A stretch of 64,000 bases of DNA from an uncultured delta proteobacterium (GTDB taxonomy: Bacteria > Desulfobacterota > Binatia > UBA9968): NCBI GenBank assembly GCA_963728565.1, contig CAVSLC010000013.1:438214-502213 (forward strand), given 5' to 3'. Below the pieces are notes generated by a model, which was given only the letters and a program-made list of their open reading frames with translations, ran no database searches and was not told where the DNA came from. The position numbers and the translations under genes were made by a program. Position 1 is the first letter of the stretch. Each line of letters opens with the position of its first letter. Below are positions 59,350 to 64,000 of the stretch, in pieces.

Positions 59350-60375
59350 CTAGTTTGGCAGCATAATTTCTTTCAATCGATTTACTAGTTCCGGCTTCAT
59401 GGCGGAGTAATCGGACACGATTCTGGAAACATCGTCGCCCGATATGCTCTCCACGGAAAGCTTCGCCTTTTGTGCATCTGCAAGAAAGTCTTTGTCCTTC
59501 ATGGTTTGCAAAAAAGCGCCTTGAAGGATCGCTACCCGCTCTTTCGGAGTGGCCGGCGGCAGGGAGTAATTTCGAGAAATGTCGGCTTGGTAATGAATTC
59601 CCATTTTTATAAGCTCGCGTGCCTCATCGGTCTTTGCCAAATCAACAGCGTTGGGCACGTTGATGAGGTCAGGGTGTTTCTTTGAATTGATCTGGACCAC
59701 GATGTGAGCATTGCCTGCCTCTAACGCTTGGCTCCAAGTGGATTTCATGCCTGCCCAGGTACCGCAGTAACCGGAAACCTCTCCGGAATCGGCTGCGATC
59801 CGGATGTCAGCAGTTCCTTTATATCCTTCGACAAGTTGGATCGGAAGCCCGAGGGTAGCTTTTAAGATCTTCGGTATGTCGACATCCGTGCTTCCGGATG
59901 CTGTTCCCCCGAGCTTGATCGGATTTTTTGCCGCAAGCCATTCTTGGACGTTCGAAACTCCGCTTGCTTTGGTGAGCCCGCAGCTCTGACTATCTTGAAG
60001 CGCTCCAACCCACTCGAATTTCGGCGCGTTGAATTGGATTCCTTTGCCACCCAAGACTGCCTGGAGCACCAACCCGCCAATCCAGTTGTTAATGGTCAGT
60101 CCGTCCGGCTTGGCGGTGTTGTAACCATGGTTAGCCGCAATCAAACTTCCCGCGCCAGGCATGTTCTCAACTATAATTGCCGGCCCGCCCGGAATATGCT
60201 TCCCCATATGCCTCGATATCACTCGTGCATACGTGTCGAATCCTCCGCCTGCCGAGAAACCCACGATGATGCGCACAGTTTTACCTTTGTAAAACGGTTC
60301 TTGCGCGAAGACTCCGTTCGGCAATGCTACTTCGAGCACAAATAGCACATATAACCAACTCAGCTTCCTCAACAT
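59350..60375 (-). CDS. tctC: TctC-like substrate-binding protein
   Basis: FYKGKTVRIIVGFSAGGGFD, VENMPGAG, AKPDGLT, GYKGT. Confidence 0.9.
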   Translation of the reverse strand: MLRKLSWLYVLFVLEVALPNGVFAQEPFYKGKTVRIIVGFSAGGGFDTYARVISRHMGKHIPGGPAIIVENMPGAGSLIAANHGYNTAKPDGLTINNWIGGLVLQAVLGGKGIQFNAPKFEWVGALQDSQSCGLTKASGVSNVQEWLAAKNPIKLGGTASGSTDVDIPKILKATLGLPIQLVEGYKGTADIRIAADSGEVSGYCGTWAGMKSTWSQALEAGNAHIVVQINSKKHPDLINVPNAVDLAKTDEARELIKMGIHYQADISRNYSLPPATPKERVAILQGAFLQTMKDKDFLADAQKAKLSVESISGDDVSRIVSDYSAMKPELVNRLKEIMLPN

Positions 60376-60503
60376 TACAGTTCCTTTCCGCAGCAAAGGT
60401 TTACTGGATCTATCACCTGATCAGTAGAGCGCCACGCTCCGGACCGTTTCACACGAGTGCATCAGGTCGAAGGCTTCCTTGAGACCAGAAAATGTCCACG
60501 CTG

Positions 60504-60835
60504 CTAAGCACTCGGAGTCGGCGCCCAACCTGGATGACGCGGAAGTCCATCCTCAGGAAGAACAACCAACGGATGTTTGGAGTTTACAAATACCCATCGA
60601 TCGGGTCTCTTACCGACATCTTGCGCACGATCGAGGGTCGGGACATGGATCAGAACGAAATCTGGAAAGGCATCGACGTATAGAAACATATGACATCCAC
60701 ACACCTTGCAGAATTTACGATGGCAGGTCGGCTTTGTATCGAAGTTTTGAATCTTCTCACTGCCCTGGAGAATTTTGAATGCATTCTTCTCCACGACCGC
60801 AATGATAGCCATCGCTCCACCGCAAGTATCAGTGC
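60504..60835 (-). pseudogene. 5'-truncated GFA (CENP-V) family gene
   Basis: HRKFCKVCGCHMF C-terminal GFA motif is present; the N-terminal CxC/CHCxxC motifs are missing. Confidence 0.6.
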
Positions 60836-60844
60836 AGTCGGTCG

Positions 60845-61225
60845 TTACAACGGATAACCATCGAGCACCCGGAGGATCGCCGTTGCGTGGAACGTTTCAC
60901 GCAAGCGGCACAGAGCAGATCGCGCCACTGTAATCAGACAATTATGCTGCCGGTAACCCTCACCGAGTTTGGCGACGCTAGGTCCGAGCCTGTACTTTCG
61001 TGACTCATCACGTGTGATATAGCCGCGGAGAGCAAGACTCTTCATCACCCTGACCACACGGCTCTTATCAGAGTGCAGAGCTTTAGCGATTTCGGTTACG
61101 CCAGCTGTGCCCTTCCAAGAAAGAATTTCTAAAATGTCTAAGGCAAAGAGGACCGTCTGAGATCCGCTGTGCCGTTCGGCGCGTCCCTTTGGTACGATAT
61201 TCAACATGTCTGGGTCAACTATCAC
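60845..61225 (-). pseudogene. 3'-truncated IclR-family regulator
   Basis: HTH GVTEIAKAL..DKSRVVRVMKSL..RGYI..KYRLG; L..LRETF.AT; stops at the start of the effector domain. Confidence 0.7.
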
Positions 61226-61516
61226 ACCAAAATCAAACCGGTCAAGCGCTAGTACCTATCTATCTATCTTGTTGTAAGAAACGATGTACTTCTAATAGAT
61301 AAAGCAATGTTGCAACCCAAACCGAAGGACATACCTGAAGGAGTTTGCATCGGATTTATGTCAGGTCGTATTCCGTCTCCGACGGCCGTCGCATCGGCCG
61401 GCGCACCTTCGGCGGCTTCTCGGCGCTTGATAAAGACATGAAGATATGATCGCAAGGACGCGCATGTGAGACGGTGCCATAGTCCGGGACACGACAATTT
61501 ACGGTGAGAGGCAAAA

Positions 61517-61924
61517 ATGGCGATAACGGGCAGCTGCCTATGTGGAGCTGTGAGCTACGAGATTACCGGCTCGCTCAAGGCGGCGGGACATTGCCATTGT
61601 TCAATGTGCAGGAAGTCTCACGGCGCGGCATTTGCGACATGGGCGCACGTCAATCCGGACCAGTTTCGCTGGACATCAGGCGTGGAGTTTGTGGCGCGTT
61701 ACGAATCCTCACCTGGAAAAGAGAGGTGCTTTTGCAAGAACTGCAGCTCCCCGCTTGGTCTCAGCGATTCCGGAAAGATCACCGAAGTGGTATTGGGAAC
61801 GGTCGATGGTGATCCGGGCGTGCGTCCCGGCGAACACATCTTCGTCGGTTCCAAAGCCCCCTGGTACGAAATCGTCGATGCACTGCCACAGTATGAGGAA
61901 TGGCCCCCGGGAATGGCGCCGTAA
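61517..61924 (+). CDS. GFA family (glutathione-dependent formaldehyde-activating-like) Zn protein
   Basis: GSCLCG, HCHCSMCRK, FCKNCSS, HIFVGSKAPW. Confidence 0.92.
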   Translation: MAITGSCLCGAVSYEITGSLKAAGHCHCSMCRKSHGAAFATWAHVNPDQFRWTSGVEFVARYESSPGKERCFCKNCSSPLGLSDSGKITEVVLGTVDGDPGVRPGEHIFVGSKAPWYEIVDALPQYEEWPPGMAP

Positions 61925-62045
61925 TGGCGGCGGTAGCGGTTTAGCATCGTGTGCATTTGGCGCCTTTCGCTTCTTGGGCGCCGTGCGTTTTTTCCGGCCC
62001 GACATTGACACGAACAGTCCGGCAATCACGAACAAGGCTCGTGCC

Positions 62046-63035
62046 TCACAGGTATCCCTTCTCTCGATAATACCGCTCCGCTCCCGGATGCAGCGGAAAA
62101 TCCAGCGGGCCGGCTTCCGTGTTCGTGCACAGCTGCTTCATTGATGGGGTCTCGGTTGCATCGTAGGGAATGTCCTCGCGGATCTTATCCAGCACCCCGG
62201 CAATGTGATAGGCCAGTTCGTCGGGAAATTTCTCATGCACGACAATCGGCCAGCCGCTAAAGTCGACCACCGTAGTTGGATCGTTGATGCCGGCGACGCG
62301 ACCGTGATCGAGCCTGGCCCTTTGAAAGCCATATTTTTCCAACTTCTGCAGCACAGGCTCGGAAAAGGAGAGAAACCTCATTCCATGCTCCACCGCAACA
62401 TCGCCCCACGAATCCATGCCTTCGTCGATAACCATGTCGAGCGTGCCGGAGACAATTCCTTCCCGCCGGTGCGGATTGCTCGGGCGCACTACTTCATCTA
62501 CGGTGCCGCCCCACTCGATAAAGTCCTGCCGTGAAATGCCATGTGCCTTGAGCAGCGTCTTGATCGCGAAATCGACGCAATCGTTGACTGCTATCGAGAC
62601 ATTCATCTTGGGCCTTTTGTCGATAAGCTCTTCCATCGTGGGCACGCCCAACTGCGGCGACACCGCAACCACTAAACGATCCCAGGATGGAAACACCGCC
62701 AGAGCGCGCAGCGGATACTTGCGCCGAAACGGCCCCACTCCTCGAACCGCCATGGACGGAATGATCGAGGGATTGAGCCAGACCAGATCGAGCTTGCCGC
62801 TGGCGACGAGTTTGGCGCCGTTGAGCCCGCTGCACCATGCGGGACTTACGCCGATGGTGAAAGGATAAGGCGGGCCTGAATGCGCCGAACCGCCGGGCAA
62901 TTCGACCATCAATCGAATGGCGCTGGTCAATAGCGTCGGCGCATCCTCATAGAGTCCGGACAGAATTTTTGTAGCAATCCGGGCGCGCATCAGGCTGGCG
63001 CTCATGGGTTTTACACTGCGATCATCGTAAGCCAC
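62046..63035 (-). CDS. TAXI-family solute-binding-like protein, apparently without signal peptide
   Basis: C-terminal PLHPGAERYYREKGYL TAXI signature; LRALAVFP; AGGAG RBS before GTG 63035. Confidence 0.85.
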   Translation of the reverse strand: MAYDDRSVKPMSASLMRARIATKILSGLYEDAPTLLTSAIRLMVELPGGSAHSGPPYPFTIGVSPAWCSGLNGAKLVASGKLDLVWLNPSIIPSMAVRGVGPFRRKYPLRALAVFPSWDRLVVAVSPQLGVPTMEELIDKRPKMNVSIAVNDCVDFAIKTLLKAHGISRQDFIEWGGTVDEVVRPSNPHRREGIVSGTLDMVIDEGMDSWGDVAVEHGMRFLSFSEPVLQKLEKYGFQRARLDHGRVAGINDPTTVVDFSGWPIVVHEKFPDELAYHIAGVLDKIREDIPYDATETPSMKQLCTNTEAGPLDFPLHPGAERYYREKGYL

Positions 63036-63202
63036 TAAATATTCTCCTGTTAGTTTGTTGAAAGCTTCAGAGCTATTCTGAATGATTTTCAGAGTCAACA
63101 GTTTTGCATCCAGAATGGCGCACTAGCTCACAGCTTTCGAATCGCTAAGAATGTTGATTCATTCTTGACGCCTATTCAGAGCAAGCGATATATCATCAGC
63201 TA

Positions 63203-63327
63203 GCAGACTGCTGAAAAAGACTCATGGTTCAGTGCGCTCAGTCCGATTCGCTTCAACGACTGAAGCGTACGCCTCAGCTCATCGATTCTTCGCGCGCCTC
63301 ACCTCTGGATCTTTTTGAGCGGCCTGT
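63203..63327 (-). mobile_element. 125-bp MITE-like element, copy 3
   Basis: Reverse complement shares long blocks with copy 1 (TGAGCTGAGGCGTACGCTTCAGT, CGTTGAAGCGAATC, ATGAGTCTTTT, TCAGCAG); TA at both ends. Confidence 0.8.
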
Positions 63328-63366
63328 AATCAGAGCTTCAGTAGCGAGAAATCCAAAGGAGAGTTC

Positions 63367-64000
63367 ATGTACTACCCGGACCTGAGTGCTTTCGGCGTCG
63401 ATAACGACCGGCTCAAATCGCAGCGTTTGTCGCGCCTGCAGCAAGCCATGAAAGAACACGATCTGGCGGCGCTCATGCTCACCGACTGGCTCAACATTCG
63501 GTATGCCACCAACTCGGTTTTAATGATGAATCTCCGGGCCGCTGCGATCCAGCGGTTCGTCTTAGTCCCGGCCACCGGTACGCCGTTGATCTGTCAGCGG
63601 GAGTTGTCGAGCAGGGCTCCTGCTCCCGGCCATCGCTTCGATGCCTTTATGTTCGGCATGCGGCCGCCGGTTGCGACCAGGGACTTCGCCGCGCAAACGA
63701 AAGCGAATCTGCGCGAATTGGGTATCACCACCGAGCGGGTCGGCGTCGATTGCCTGAACCTTGAAGCAGTCGAAGCATTGAGAAACGCCGGCATCCAACT
63801 GGTCGACGGCTCTCGCGCAATCAATCAGGCGCGCGCGGTAAAGACCACCGATGAGCTCCAACTGATTCGCTGGACCACCCGGGCCAAAGAGAAAGGCTAT
63901 GATCTGGTGCGCGCGGCGCTGCATGAATCGGATCTGCCCGAAGAACGATTGAGCCGGATCATGTTGGATTCTTTGCTGGATCAGGGATTCGAAGCAGGCA
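63367..64000 (+). CDS. M24 family (Xaa-Pro peptidase/creatinase-like) protein, 5' part; runs off the window edge
   Basis: AAGGAG + ATG 63367; open to the end: RLSRLQQAMKEHDL, NIRYAT, ARAVKTTDEL. Confidence 0.85.
   Translation, partial: MYYPDLSAFGVDNDRLKSQRLSRLQQAMKEHDLAALMLTDWLNIRYATNSVLMMNLRAAAIQRFVLVPATGTPLICQRELSSRAPAPGHRFDAFMFGMRPPVATRDFAAQTKANLRELGITTERVGVDCLNLEAVEALRNAGIQLVDGSRAINQARAVKTTDELQLIRWTTRAKEKGYDLVRAALHESDLPEERLSRIMLDSLLDQGFEAG

Overview
64 kb of GC-rich bacterial chromosome. It is mostly accessory and catabolic genes, with no rRNA, tRNA, CRISPR array or intact transposase that I can see. The gene content suggests a Candidatus Binatia/'Deltaproteobacteria'-type soil genome (inference only): 11 solute-binding proteins (NMT1/THI5-like, TctC, iron/polyamine-type, TAXI) without any cognate permease, plus MFS and RND exporters, VOC, cupin, RidA, amidohydrolase and MetE-II-like enzymes, an IorAB-type molybdoenzyme and a CheB-CheR-PAS-kinase fusion. 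About 11 genes carry single-base frameshifts, mostly in the first 18 kb, which most likely are long-read consensus errors. Best candidates for unexplained biology: (1) an ExeA-like ATPase / output-less HAMP receptor / solute-binding-LysM fusion operon (17.7-21.1 kb); (2) an AT-richer island with a ferritin-like diiron protein and a reductase-less Rieske oxygenase among binding proteins (55-60 kb); (3) a cytochrome c with a contracted CxCH motif, next to a cryptic CxxCH paralogue and a decayed relic copy; (4) a 125-bp MITE-like element in three copies, two of which bracket an aminotransferase gene, and a second GTTCAA repeat family bracketing a phosphatase gene; (5) two signal-peptide-bearing FAM173-like methyltransferases and a TAXI-like protein with no signal peptide; (6) a lone HEPN-motif gene near a VapBC pair.
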